Of a DNA stretch of 64,000 bases, positions 20,905-34,187 are shown one piece after another; the first letter of the stretch is position 1, and every line of letters begins with the position of its first letter. The stretch spans positions 61,194,001 through 61,258,000 of the forward strand of contig CM060732.1 in assembly GCA_030704615.1 (NCBI GenBank). The letters run 5' to 3'. Source of the DNA: Takakia lepidozioides. Lineage: Eukaryota; Plantae; Bryophyta. The position numbers were made by a program, and so were the translations under genes. The notes under the pieces are model-generated. The model made no database searches. It had not been told where the DNA came from and saw only the letters and a program-made list of their open reading frames with translations.

Positions 20905-21320
20905 AAAACTCGAGCCAAAAGCAGCCCAAAAGCAACTACTGTTTTCAGGGATTGCCTAAGGTCAAGGCTTCGCGCAGGTAAGCTGCCAAGCATTTCTGAT
21001 CCTCATAATGTAGACTTAAGTGAGAGATTGAGTTCCACGGAATAGACAGTGGATTCTCCCACAGATTTCTTAATACAGAGGGCACTAAAAGAAGTGTTCT
21101 TCAGTTTCAATTTCTTGGTCGCACCTGGTGCAAGCTGGGCATAGACAATCTTCCCGTTGCAGGAAAAGAAAGAGAATTAAATGAAATAGAACTTATAACA
21201 TCCGCAGAAAGCTCAAAGAGCTTATGGGACAAAAGAAAAGCAAGAAACAAGAAAGAATGAAATGAAATGGTACTTTGTAACGTCCGCAGGAAGCTCCAAG
21301 AGCTTATGGGACAAAATGGA
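20905..21320 (-). mobile_element. 3' fragment of a LINE, related to the copy at 40.8-41.6 kb
   Basis: Degenerate ETEEHFF-CPLY-EI motif and a shared tail TGTCCCATAAGCTCTTTGAGCTTTC. Confidence 0.65.
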
Positions 21321-21379
21321 ACAAAACAAGGGAGAGGATCGACAAAAATAGAGCCAAAAATTAGCCCAAAAGCCCCCAC

Positions 21380-24260
21380 ATCATGCAATACAAAGCGCGT
21401 GTCAGTCACATACCCCGCCTAGTCCTTCATCTGCCAAGACAATCTCTTCAGCTCAGCATGGATTTCCTCAAGTCGTGGATGCAATTACGTCCAAGAAGGT
21501 CCACCATACACAGCCAAATTTCTTTACTGTCGGAGTGACACCATGATCTTGACTCAGGAATCAAAGTAGCGTCTTCCTTCATTCAGGAGGCCAGTGTGGC
21601 TGCATGCAGAGAGAACACATATAAAGGTGACACTGTCTGGCTTCAAGCTGTTCTTTTGCATTCCTTCAAATAGTTGCAGGACCCCCCTATGACGACCATG
21701 CTGTGCATATCCTGCAGTCATCGCACTCCACGACACCAAATCTCGTTCAGCCATACTGTCGAACACTCCCTTCGCATCCTCCATGCACCCACATTTGGCA
21801 TACATGTCCATGAGGGCATTGTTCAGAATGACACTGGGTACAATTCCAGCTCTGATGATGTCACCATGGACCTCTTTGCCCTTTTCTAGAGCTGCCAGAC
21901 TTGCACACGCTTTGCAAACGCACACAAACGTGGTGTGGTTGGGCTTCACCCCTTCCCCCATCATTTGCTCATAGGTCTCCAAAGCCTCCACCCCGCGTCC
22001 CTGCTGTGCATACCTGCAATCATCGCGTTCCACGACACCACTCATCTGGTGAGTGTGCACCTGCTTTCCAGCTTCTAGGCCTTTCATCTTGATGCACTTA
22101 TGCAACCAGGGCTCCTAAGTTGGCACACAGATTGAGAATGCAAGTAGATGTCACCCTGTCAGGCATCACCCCTTCCAGTCTCATTTGCTCATAAATTCTG
22201 AAACCCTCCTCAGCATCTCCGTGCCTTCATTAGCAGTGCCTTGTTCAACCAGCTAACTTGCAGAATTCAACTTGAAAATTTAGGGCCGATCCTGATAAGA
22301 GTGAAAAACAAGGTGAAATGTGTTGCTTGATTAGCAGTGCCTTATTTTATCAATTGTGCCGCTACTGCTGCGGCTTCCAGTTGACCATCTACCCATGCAG
22401 GTTTCTTGTAGCTATCCTGCCACAGGGAATCATAGGTAATCTGGAGCTTGAAATCCGGCCCTCTTGGATGGATCTGGACCCACATTCTATCCCTGCTCCT
22501 TCAGCTATCAATGCCTCTGCACAAATCATGCATACATCCTTGCCTTGCTGCTAGCAACTGACAATGACAGCCTATAATTGTTCCAGCAAACACCCCAACC
22601 CTACTTATCACTAGTTCCAATTCTGAATTGCATCTGCTTCTCTCTGTAGTCCAATGGGCAGTCACCTTTCTGTCTCCATTGTCCCACCATTGACTGGGGT
22701 CGGAAAAGTGGAATGGTGCAGCTGGGCAGGCAGAGATTGAAACACAGCGCATACATATCGACAAGGGCAGTCTCCAGAATAATATCTGGTGCAATTCCAG
22801 CTTCCACTATGTCAACATGGACCTATGTACCTTTTTCCAGGGCTCCTAGGCTGGCACAAGCATTGAGAACAGAAATGAATGTAATGTTGTTGGGTCAACC
22901 CAAAATGACCTCTTGTGTGTGCTGCTTGTGTCTATAGTCAGGTAATGTCGGATTGGTCTGTGAGAACCACCAAGGTGCAGCTGAGCAGGCAGAGATTGAA
23001 ACACGACATGTGAGTGTGCATCTGCTTTCTGGCTTCCAGACCTTCCATCTTGATGCACTTAAGCAAGAGACAGACATACGTATCTGAATCTGCTAAAATG
23101 CCTCCTTGGTTTAAAGTCTGTAGAGCCTCTGTCAGACTGCCTGCCGCACAAAGCATCTTCACATGCCCAGAAGTGCCAGAAGAGGGATTGTGGACTCCCT
23201 CTCTTGATCCTCTTTCAGAAGCTGTGGTCATGGTTGAGATGCCTGATTTTAGCAAAGCTGCCGCTGCAGCTGCTGCCTTTAGGTGACCATCTACCCATGC
23301 AGGTTTCTTGTAGCTATATCACCACAGGGAATCATAGGTAATCTGGAGCTTGAAGTTCTAGGAAACACCCAACTCAAATTGCATCTGCTACTCTCTGTAA
23401 TCCAACGGCATTCACCTTTTTGCCTCGATTGTCCCACCATTAATTGGGGTCAGGAAAGTATTCATTCCACAGCTTCTCCTCGTCTCTGTTACCTGTTTCT
23501 GGATACTTTCCTGTTGTCACATTGGCACTATCATGTCAGTCACTCCAAACTATCAAAGGTTCACTCAATCAGCTAACTTGCAGAATTCAACACGAAAATT
23601 TAGGGCCAATTATGATAATAGGGAAAAACAGGATAAAATGTGTTGAAGAAGGTGCCTTCATTATCTGACTCTGTGAAACTGCCTCCATGGTTCAAAATTT
23701 TCAGAGCCTCTTTCAGGTTTCGTGCCTCACATAGTGTCCTCACAAGTTCAGAAGCGCCAGAAGAAATCTTGAGAACTTCCTCCCAGGATCCTCTTTTGGA
23801 AGTGGAGGTCATTGTGGAGGTGCCTGATTTTATCGTGCTGCCACTGCCCCTTCAAGATGACCATCTACCCTTGCAGGTTTTTTGTAGCTGTCAATCCTCA
23901 GCGGTTCATATGCACTCTGGTGCTTGAAATCAGGACCTCTCGGATGGATCTGCACCCACACTTCATTCCTGCCTCTTTCAGCTAACCCTGCCTAATGGCC
24001 CCGCTGCTAAGAGCTGACAATGATAACCTAAAATTTATCTAGCAAACACCCCGACCATACTTACCACACACTAGTTCTGGTGCTGCATTGCTGACAATTT
24101 GTGAGAAACCACCATAGATCCATCAACGAGCTAACTTGCAGAGTTCAACATCAAAATTTAGGGACGACTCTGATAACAGGCATCTCACGGCCAAGTCTGA
24201 TGAGAGGCAAAACGGGCTGAAATAGGTCGAAGAAGAAAGGATCCCCACCACATTGCGTGG
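21380..24260 (-). pseudogene. Mosaic of PLS-class PPR (E+/DYW) gene pieces with repeated 5' ends
   Basis: PPR ORF 21554-22105 (ALMDMYAKCG..A..VFDSMAERDLVSWSAM). HP..EEIHAEL.RL..QMK..GYV.DTRFVLHDV at ~21380-21480. PPR N-termini at ~23010-23255 and ~23660-23812. Confidence 0.85.
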
Positions 24261-24678
24261 ACCCTCTCCGCGCCCGAGCACGCGGGGGCAGCTTTTCGGG
24301 CATTTCGGGCAGGTTCCAAAGAAATTGACGACGACGATGACGTGTCTACGATGACCTGGCATGGCACCCTATTCCTGCTCTACGCTAAACTAGCTATAAC
24401 TGCCTAATTCATATAGAGTCCATACTCTATGATACTCTTGGAGCATAACAATTATCCAGGTTTGACTGCATTGTAGGCTAACAGCTTTTGTTTGTTTAAA
24501 TGAATTGGTGAAACTTTTGACAAGCTCCCAGAAAAATCAGACAACAGAGCATGTTACATTATCTATCTATGGAGATGCTGCGTGGCCGGAGCTCCATAAC
24601 ATTCGGGGTATCTTTTGGAAGGACAGAAGGGCAACAGATCCCCCAGGGCTTTTCCAGGAAATAACAAGCTCCAACGGT

Positions 24679-27600
24679 ATGTTGCCAGGGAGCAGCCTTT
24701 CTTTCGAGATGCATTGCTTCTTAGTCTCTCCCTCATCTCTCTACAATTTCGGATTACAGAATGTGGGTCCACTTGTGAGACTTGCACAAAAATGCAGAGC
24801 AAACGATGCCTTGCAAGTTCGAAGAGGTAGAAACTCAGTCGGGCAGTCAAGACTCTGCTCAACTGTTGCAGCAGGGGAAGCTGCGAAAGGTGCGGAGGAG
24901 GATGAGCGGGAGTTGGAGGGCTATTGGAAGCATGTACACGCCTGCAATTTTGGGCAGGTATGACACTAGAACGGTCTTATTTTCTTTCTCTTTCTGTTTT
25001 GTCCTTCAATTTCTTTGAAGGCGGTATTTTGTTTAGTGTTTGTCTTCGAAAGATGTACACATGCTTCTTACAAAGAGCTTCGGTTTCTTCCTTGATGTGA
25101 TCTCCTGGTCCTCTTTGTTTGGGTACCTCAAATTTAAGTCTGGAGTTTACTTGCATTCGCAATTCCTTCTCTCTCCACCTTTTCCCTTTCTAGGAATTTG
25201 GAAGACCCATGCAACTTTTGTGAACAGGAGTAGCTCAAGCGTGGTACATTCTGCACTGGTGTGCAGGAGAGGAGGGCGGAGTTTTTTCCATTCGTGGTAG
25301 AGGGAAGCACAGTTGGCTACATTCATCCACGGTACGCAAGGAGACTAAGGCTCCTCTTCTTTCGCCAAGGGGGTGGCACATCACATGCCTACGGTTTGCA
25401 AAGCATTACTTAATCTAGAGATATGCGATCTGATGCAGAAAATTTGTAAAACCCTGGTGGGGGATGTGGAGGACTTGTATAGTAAGATAGAATTATGGAA
25501 ATTACAAGAATGCCTACATCTTTGAATAAAGACAGATTGCCCGGATCAGAGAGTTTAACCATTTGTTCCATGTAGGTTTATGCTGAACTTGACTCGTTTT
25601 CCTGAGGTCTTCACCTTTGAAGAAGGGGATGAGAGTGGCAACAGTGCGGAGAAAGGTCGGGTGACTCTGCATGCTACACTACGGTTGCCCAAGCATCGTA
25701 CAGAGGCTATTGAAGGGGTGTTGCAGGTTTTAAGGGAGGATGGCCTCATTCCTGGGTGGCGCAATGAGGTCACAGTCTTGCTCTCCTCTCACATGTGAGA
25801 GTTTCATTTTCAGCTGTTTGGTTACTTCCTCCTCCCCCTCCTTTCACTGCATTCTTTTCAATCATGGAAGTTGTTTGTCATTCAAGTAATTCTAGCACGT
25901 ATGACCAACACACTGACCTGTCTGTGGTGGTTGACATGCATGCAGCGTTTTCCAGTTGTGTCAAGCTTCAGGGCACCAGCTCTTTTTGGTCTGGAGAGAG
26001 CAGCTGTTCCATATTTTGGGACTAAAGTAAGTAATGGTTGTTTGCGTTGTCAGCAAAGCTCTAATGGAGGCCTTACACTAGTGCTGGCTGCAAATGTTTT
26101 ATGGCCAGAGACCACTGGCTGGCATTAGAGGGAAATAGAGTTTGACCAGGATAGGTTTAGGTATGACCATTCCAAATTGTTGGCCTGAACTTAGTCATGC
26201 TGAGTAGCACATAATTTAGCTCTAACTAATTTGAAATGTGTGGATGGTGGACAGGCATATGGCGTGCACATGAATGGGTATGTGCAAATTGATGGGGAAA
26301 AGCATTTGTGGGTTGCCAAGCGCAGCCCCCACAAGCAGACCTGTCCTGGCATGCTTGACCATCTTGTTGCTGGTGGACAGGTCACATGTTATTTCGTTTT
26401 GTATGTGTTGCTGTCATGTGGTCACACATATCTGTGTTCCCAAGTCCTGTGCATGCAAACTCTCATTTATTGCACTTATTCTCTTCCATTACTATTTTCT
26501 GAAGAGATGAGCACAGTGTTTGTTTAGTGTTGCTCACGCTTATCTCACCCTGTCTTTAGGCGGTTTGATGTCTAGTGATTGTGTGCATGCAGCCTGAAGG
26601 ACTCAGCTGCAAAGCAAATCTTCTCAAAGAATGTGATGAAGAGGCTGCGATACCTACTTCGCTTGCTGACAGGTGAGCATTGTGCTATTCACCTTTCTTA
26701 GGATGTCGTTCCTGGAAATGTGAGGAATACAGCTGCCAACTAGCAGCTACAACCTGCAGGGTTGAAGAGTGCAATAAATGTGGAAAGCCCTTGTCCACAG
26801 TGAGTTATACAGAGATTCCCTGTTTTTCACTACCCCCTGCTTTGTGGAACTGTAGGATTATTTGGATGGGAGACTAGGGCTATGAGAGTGTGCTTGTTGG
26901 TAATTCCTCCCTCCTTTTCCTCATTAACCATGTTGGCTTGGTGTAGGGCGATTGCTGTGGGTGCTGTCAGCTATGAGCAGATAGAAGGAGACAGTCTCAA
27001 GAGGGACGTGCTCTTTTGCTATGACTTGGAGCTTCCTCAAGATTTCAAACCCTTCAACAAAGGTCTATGTTGTTTCTTGTCTTTTTTCCTCTCTTGCTTC
27101 AGATTCCTCCATTTAAGGGTTTGAATGTTAGCCTTGCAGCAGTTCACAGGAGGTCGTCTCTTTATGCAAATATGGTGCCATAGCTTGCAAATGTATGTAA
27201 TTGCGGGTGTTTGTGGCTATATGGCAGATGGCGAAGTTGAGAGTTTCACATTGGTACCTGTTTCACAAGTGGCTAATATCGTTCGCATGAGCAGCCTCTA
27301 CAAGCCCAATTGCAACCTTGTCATCATTGATTTTCTGTTCCGCCATGGGTAGGTTTTACTTGCCCCCTAATCCACCTGTCCTGGGCAGAGCACAGAAGTG
27401 CTTGTCTTGGAAGCAGAGCACTGACTGTTTCAAGCCTTAGCTCTAAAGTACATTCTTATGCAATCCACAGCTCTACTGTAAATGCTCTGCAAGGTCTGAA
27501 CACCCTCGGTGGCACCTGCAGTACAAACTTGTCCCCTCTGCATTTGGGGTTTGTCATTGAATGGTAATGATGACCAGAAAACAGACTCTTGACAGCTCTT

Positions 27601-27713
27601 TGCGTAGCTGATTATCTCAAGGGATGTTGAATTTGGAATGCAGGTATATAAGGCCTGACCAAAGTGGTTACCTACAGCTCCTGCAAAGTTTACGTGGTGG
27701 GGAGTGTCTTTGA
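24679..27713 (+). CDS. NUDX20: Nudix hydrolase 20/24-like, chloroplastic (9 exons)
   Basis: Exons encode FFPFVVEG..VGYIHP, LIPGWRNE, ERAAVPYFG, AYGVHMNGYV..LWVAKRS..K.T.PGMLDHLVAGG, KECDEEA, KRDVLFCYDLELP.DF.P.N.DGEVESF and KPNCNLVIIDFLFRHG. GT-AG junctions throughout; start is 24679 or 24709. Confidence 0.93.
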
Positions 27714-28365
27714 TCTAACCTTGACAGGAATTGTGTACCTTGGATTTAGGAAGAGAGAAAAGGCCCCGGCTGAAAACCAGCGTAAATAAGAGCCTGACAA
27801 AGTATCTAGGAATTATCAAATGGGAAATTGAACCAGAGCTTATTATCTGCATAGGGTACATGCACAATGTGCAATTCAACAATACCAATCCCTATTAGGA
27901 GGGGTTATTTTTTCACTCATGATGACATAGGTCTTCATTACAGGTTGTACCACAGAATTTGTGGCACACTCAGGTTAAGATATTCACTATCTGTAAAATG
28001 ATTTGTGGTTAATGGCAGATGCATGGATTGTTTTGAAGTACTTTACAAAATAGGCATACGGCAAACATTCAAGGGAGTAGGACTAGCAAAATTTGAAGTT
28101 GTAATAATCCAATTCCCCACAAAAATACTTGACACTGTACACGGGGGAATAGTCAGGAACAATCTACTATCACCGCTCATCTCCCTGCATTTGGTCTCTC
28201 TCTGCATGCGTGCATGTCAAATGGGTCAAACACCCAAATAAGCTCTAAGGTAGTTGTACTATGCAAAATCTACCTGACAAAACTTGTACAAAGTTACATT
28301 GTACACAAGAGGATCATATCCTATCTCAATTACACTACTTTGGCTTAGCCACAGCATGCAGATTG

Positions 28366-31300
28366 TTACAAATTCCTCTTAGGTCTTTTGGAACTGGATC
28401 GTGCATTTCGCATGTTCTCCTCCTTATTACATTCTCCAGTGTCCCCACTCGTAGAGCCATCACCGACCAACATTTCTTGAGCTCGATTCCTGGAATGTTT
28501 TCTGATGGGGTTCGATGGCCGGTGTGACCCGGATACCTGATCACTGGAGCGGTGGGGCATAATCTCTTTGCCTTCCTCCACTCTTCGTTGCATTACCTGC
28601 GCTTACCCATGTCAAATCTCTCGCAATACAGCCTTTTTTCATTTAGGGATATCACTCAAAACCACCAAACTACAAGCCTTGTCTCGGACTGGCCCTCTCT
28701 ACCCTCTCTACTCTTTTGACCTACTGAGTCCCATGGAGCCTCCTTTGGCCTCCCATGGACAACAAATCTCTTCTCCCCTCCTCTTAGTTCAAATAAACAT
28801 CTTTCACCCTCACAAGTCTGTCTGAAGTCAGGGCTAACGCTGCCCCTACACATATGATAGTTTTTGTACACTCTGCCAAATGCAATCAGGAGTAGAGGTT
28901 ACACCTGCCAAGACTCATAGTCAAACCGAAACACAAATTGAGTGTTGGTGGCATGTCCATCTGATCGTTGCACGGCAGAGGGCGCATTCCTTGGAACTGC
29001 AAGCAGCAACACGTGCAGTTTATTGGTATCTGCTTCACTATAGCAATTACTATGTCCAATTAAGAAGGAGTCAATGAGGAATATATAGAAGACACAGGAG
29101 AGCGGAGAAGTACCAACAAAATGTGTCCCACTGTTGTCAAATTTTATTTCAACTCGACCATCTTTTACAAGAAAAGAGAGGGAGAAAATGTTCTCCACAG
29201 TCTGCGAGAAGGACAATCGGTTTAACACTAGCTCATCCAATGCCACACACTTGATTGTTCGCAGTTTGCCAAACATGGTCTCCATATTTGCATCTGTCTC
29301 CCGCTTCTCTCGATTGTCATCAGCCTCCTCCAACTACATAACACAGCATTCAAATTTTGAGCATAGCTGCCAAAAATGGCTTAGTAACTCCTGTGTGTTC
29401 CTTCCATTCTGATTATCCCCCTTTTTCTTTAATGCAACAGCCAAGAATTTCGGCTGAAGTCTCATGTACGTTCATTAGCTGAACCTCAACCTCAACAACG
29501 GGTTCCAACAGGGTTGACATTCGTGCAAGCACATGATGTGCCATCATTGCTTCGGTCCTCAGGAGATGGTCATGATCACACTCCAGTATTAGAGCACGCC
29601 TCTGCAGTTAACAGTTGAAGTTACCTCCTTTTTCCTCTCCTCAGCTGTAAATCAGGTCTTGAGTTTATGGTCATGGAAGTGGAATAAACATACTCTACTC
29701 TCTCTCTCTCAAAGTTCCTTTTCGTTGTTCTTTGTTATCTTCCCCTGGCTACCAAAAATCACATCTAGATTATATTATTCCATATGTACGGTCTCCTTTA
29801 AAGTTCCTTTTTGTTCTCTTTCCAACACACACACAATTACCTCTTCAGGCCGCACAGTTTGTGTGGGTTTTGACCGTCTTGATGTAGAAACTTTTCTTGG
29901 TTTGGGTTCATGCTCCATGGGTCCCATCCTGGCCCCCAACAAACCATAGTCCTATCAATACAAAGAACAAAGTCCATGAAAGGGAAAGCTCTCCTGTGCG
30001 ATTGACAGACGTACCTTGTTTGCAGGTATATTCTTCATATTAACAAAGATACTCAATTGAAAGTTAGATGAACCAAGACGTCATAATGCCCACAGAATAT
30101 AAACTCTCCCAGAGGATTTCGACCCACTACAGCCTTGGCACTCAGCTGGAAATTGCAACAAACAAACAGTCCACACTAACACCATACTTGTAAACATGAT
30201 TGCTCTCTGAAGCGATCATAGGTATCTACCTTACAGACGTGTGAAAAATGGAGATGTGATTGCACTGCCAGTCACTGTACAGATGGAAATAATAAAGAAA
30301 GAAACTTAGTACTGTCCACAGGGACTCAAGGGGCCATAGTAAATAAGACGGCGTTTGCGTTTTCGTGATTTCCCATGGCCCGTTGAGCCAACGTCAAACA
30401 ACAGTCTTATTTCTGGTCCTAAGACATTGTTTGCCATAGCCTTGTGGCCATCAACCCTGGGCCTAGTTTGGGTGGAACAAGAGGGAGAGAGAGGGGTTGA
30501 GAGAGAGAGAGAGATGAAACATTGACTGTGATGTTAATAACACAGCCTGAAATTGCAATGGAGGTTGAGCATAGCCAACAACCATCTACTTCAAATGAAT
30601 TGGTTATTTGATGCACAAAGTGGAATCAATATACTGTGCTAGCAAACACAATGTTGAATTCAACACTGTATTGGGCCACAGAAGAGGGGAGAGGGAGAAA
30701 GAGAACCGTTCCTAAAATGTGAGCTCCCAGAATGAAATAAACACAAAAAAAACACAGGATATAGACAGGAGAGACAAAATGCATGACACAAAAGCGGAGC
30801 CCGGTAACAAGAAACCCACATCGTGCAGAGTCCTGATGCTTGATGGAAGATTGTACTGGCATCCATGCCCAAGGCAGCCCAGTTGATGTTTCGTTGGATG
30901 GTGTAATCCCTGCCAGCATTTGGGGCACTGAATTTGGAAATGAGGGCATCAATAAATTGGGCAGGAGACATTCCTGTCTTGCGCTTGGCATTCTTCACTG
31001 CTTCGAGTAAAGACTCGGTGATGTCAAGCACTACCTCAGCATCAGCAATCTGCTCCCGAGGCTTTTGCACTGCTTAGCCTAGGAACAAATTAGTTTCACA
31101 CACAATCTCATTATGTGTTGTGCTTGCTTTCCCCTGCGATGTTGGAAACCCCACTAACAAATGCTAATATTTCAATTATGAGACAAATGTAACCTCCAAC
31201 AGCAGTTAAGTTATACATACAAGCCCTGCATGACTTGGTTAAAAAATGAAAAGCATAATATGGGTTGCTCACTAAGTCAAATTCATATGGCATACAGAAC

Positions 31301-32108
31301 TCCAACCTTTCTCTCTCCCAGATTGAAAAAGAGGAGTGTATACCCTTGTTATGAAGATCCTCGACCGTCTCAAGCAGTTCATTGAACCTGGCAGACTCCG
31401 GCTGCTGAAGCTCCTCCTTATCCCCTGTTGTTGCATTGAGAAAAAGGAGTGATATGCTTTCAGGAGTGCAATGTCTGAGTAAATCAATAATTGATAGTTG
31501 TGTGAACATAATTGCCTAGAAACTACATAAAAAAAAGAAATGCAAGATATACTGTTGCCACTAAGAGCCTGACATAGCAACAGAGTATACATACGGATCC
31601 ATCTCATGTGAAGAGATAAGACCACAACAATTTGTTTCAAACCAGTGCCATTGCTACATCTTAATTCATAGTCTTCCTTGCCCTTTCCCTCTCGGCGTAC
31701 AGAAGGTTGCTAATGTGGTTGTGATCAATGTCCATTGCCCAATGCCTTCTCACAACCCTTTGGAGTTTTTTGTTAGCATTCCATGCTACAAGAAATAATA
31801 GATACCAATTTTCGGGCAATTAATCTCTCTGGAAGAACTTAGCGTCTACCAGAGCATTATCTCCACAACTCACAGAAACATCAAAACATACCAGCAATAA
31901 CATCTTGGAGTCTGCGATAATTTGCTCGAAGATTTCTCCGTTGCACCTCACTCTGAATGTTCTGTTGGTGAGTCTCTCTTACGCTCTCTGGAATGGTCCA
32001 GCCATTTCTCTCATCATCCCCTGCTGCTTCTTCATCCCTTTCTTCATCTTCATCCTGTTGCGACGCCCTGGCTCGACCTGTACTCCTTCTCTCCCTTTGC
32101 GATCTCAT
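28366..32108 (-). CDS. NSE4: SMC5/6 complex kleisin NSE4 (multi-exon)
   Basis: RR.LRANYR.L, QKPREQIADAE, ETD.NM.TMF..L, LVLNR.SFSQTVENIFSLSFLVKDGRVEI, QFVFRFDYESW and PIRK.SRNR. Confidence 0.93.
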
Positions 32109-33533
32109 CCCACACCCTCTAAAATAATCTGAAACTTGGAAATGAGCAAAGACCAAAAATTCAAAAAGGAGAGAAGGCCTCACCCACAGTAATGATCTGC
32201 ACTAGAGAAGCGGTTCCTATAGCTTGCCCACAAATCCTCATCCCAAATCCCCACACGCACCCCTCACACTTGCTGTCTCATCCCTTAATTTCCCAAATTC
32301 AAACTAGGATATGGGAGGGAACCCCTGCGGAGAGAAAAGCGCTTAACATCAAGGGAGAGAAGGCGTCACCCGAAGAGATGCTCTGAACTTGAGAAGGACA
32401 TCATCTCACAGACCCAAACAGAAAACGGAGCCAACTAATCCACACGAAAAGCCAGAAATTGATAAGAGCTTCCTACAGCATGCGGGACACAGCACAGGAA
32501 GCCCATCAAACCTCATCACCACCATCTCCAGCACGATCACCCATCTCACACATTCTCCCAAAAAACAAAATGCAGAACCAAAATCGCGAAGACCGAGAGC
32601 CCCGCACACTCCACAGCGATCAAACAATTCCCAGCAACCTTCACCAACACTCAGAATCTGAGATACTGCGAGCAAGCACAGCAAGCGCGGGACTATCTAC
32701 TCTCCACTTTCCCAGGGTTTGTGGCCTCCGTAACTTTGCTTGTCCCTTTCAACTTTTTCCTTCTTACAGTTACTTACCCTGTCGTTACGTGATCACCTAA
32801 TTAGGTCCAGTACCTGCTTAGTACTTAGTTAGTACTTAGTTAGTACATTAGTGAGTGACTACTCGTGTATGTGTTCACTAAACACCTATCGATTAATTAA
32901 TTTCTAATATTAGTTTATGCATATTAAGTAAGCTAGTAAAAGTAGATAGTAAGTTACTGTAGTGACTTTTCGAAGAGGCTTCGCGCTGACGCCGCTCTGC
33001 TAAGTTTAGTGCGCGTCGGTTGAGGGGTCACCAGTCTACTTACTAGTTACTAGTTAGTAGGTAGTGAGTGCACGCGTGGCGTGAGCAGGAAGTAACAAGG
33101 ACAACATGGATGATGCTGTACCGCATTCATCCACGATATTTCGTCCATTGGCATCTCTTAGGGCCAAAGATGCCATAAATATTACGTAATCCTAACTGTA
33201 CGTAATTAAATGGATGACGGTTATCTTTAATTGGATTAATCCCGACAGTCAGTCCGAAATCTCCGGGAACATGGGAACACGGGTGAGGTGGTACGTATGT
33301 CGTGGATGGAAAACGGGAGGATCATCCATCGCGATACTGGACAAGGAGTGGCACGGCCGGGTGGGTGGGTGGCTTGCCCACCCGCGCAGGGCCCGCGCGG
33401 CCGTAGCGCGCGGGGTCTACCGTGTCTGCGCACCGTGCAGAGGCTTGCGAAGGGTATGAAAGAGAAGGAGAGAGGGGGGGAGGGAAGGTGAGTCTAGATT
33501 TGAGGACTTCGTGAGCTAGTGCTGTGGAGAGAT

Positions 33534-34187
33534 ATGACCAAAAGCGGCAGTCTTGGGGGTTGCTGCGAGCTCACTTTGGAGAGGGTAGACTCGGAATTAG
33601 TTTTGAATTCAGGCGACAACGATTTGGGAAGCCTGGAAGAGTCGTCGTCCATGAGCAGCTGCTCTAGTAGTGTACTGTCTGAAATAGCTGAATTGGAGGA
33701 TTCAGAGGACGAGGCATCCTTTCTTGAGCAGAATGAGCGGCTGGTGAGATCGTTCTACAGTAGTTTGGCAGCCGGAAACATTGTGCTGGTGAAAGCATTG
33801 CTGGCTTCCGATCTGGAGTTGTGGTACCATGGGCCACCTGGACATCAGTACATGAAGAAGCTGTTAACGGGGAACATTTCCTTCCGTTCCGTTGCTAGAC
33901 TGATTCCGACGAACATCCATGCCATATATGATAGAGTGTTTGTTGAAGGCCAAGGTCCCGAGTTGGGAGTCTCGTGGGTGCATATCTGGACAGTTGAGGA
34001 TGCTAGGCGTTTGATCCAGTTGAGAGAATACTGGAACACAGCAGTTCTGGTTACTGATATTGCTCCCCTGCGCTCGGCATCTGGTCGGTTGAGACTTACA
34101 CCTTCTGAACCCCTAGATTTTCTTTGGGAAAGCAGGCTGTGGAGAACAGATGATCAGTCCACTCCTGGCCTTATTCTGGCTATTTGA
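33534..34187 (+). CDS. Wound-induced protein 1 (WUN1)/SnoaL-like NTF2-fold protein, intronless
   Basis: N..LV..FY..LA.G, LLASDLELWYHGPPGHQYM..LLTG, WVHIWTV, QLREYWNT and C-terminal PGLILAI. Confidence 0.9.
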   Translation: MTKSGSLGGCCELTLERVDSELVLNSGDNDLGSLEESSSMSSCSSSVLSEIAELEDSEDEASFLEQNERLVRSFYSSLAAGNIVLVKALLASDLELWYHGPPGHQYMKKLLTGNISFRSVARLIPTNIHAIYDRVFVEGQGPELGVSWVHIWTVEDARRLIQLREYWNTAVLVTDIAPLRSASGRLRLTPSEPLDFLWESRLWRTDDQSTPGLILAI

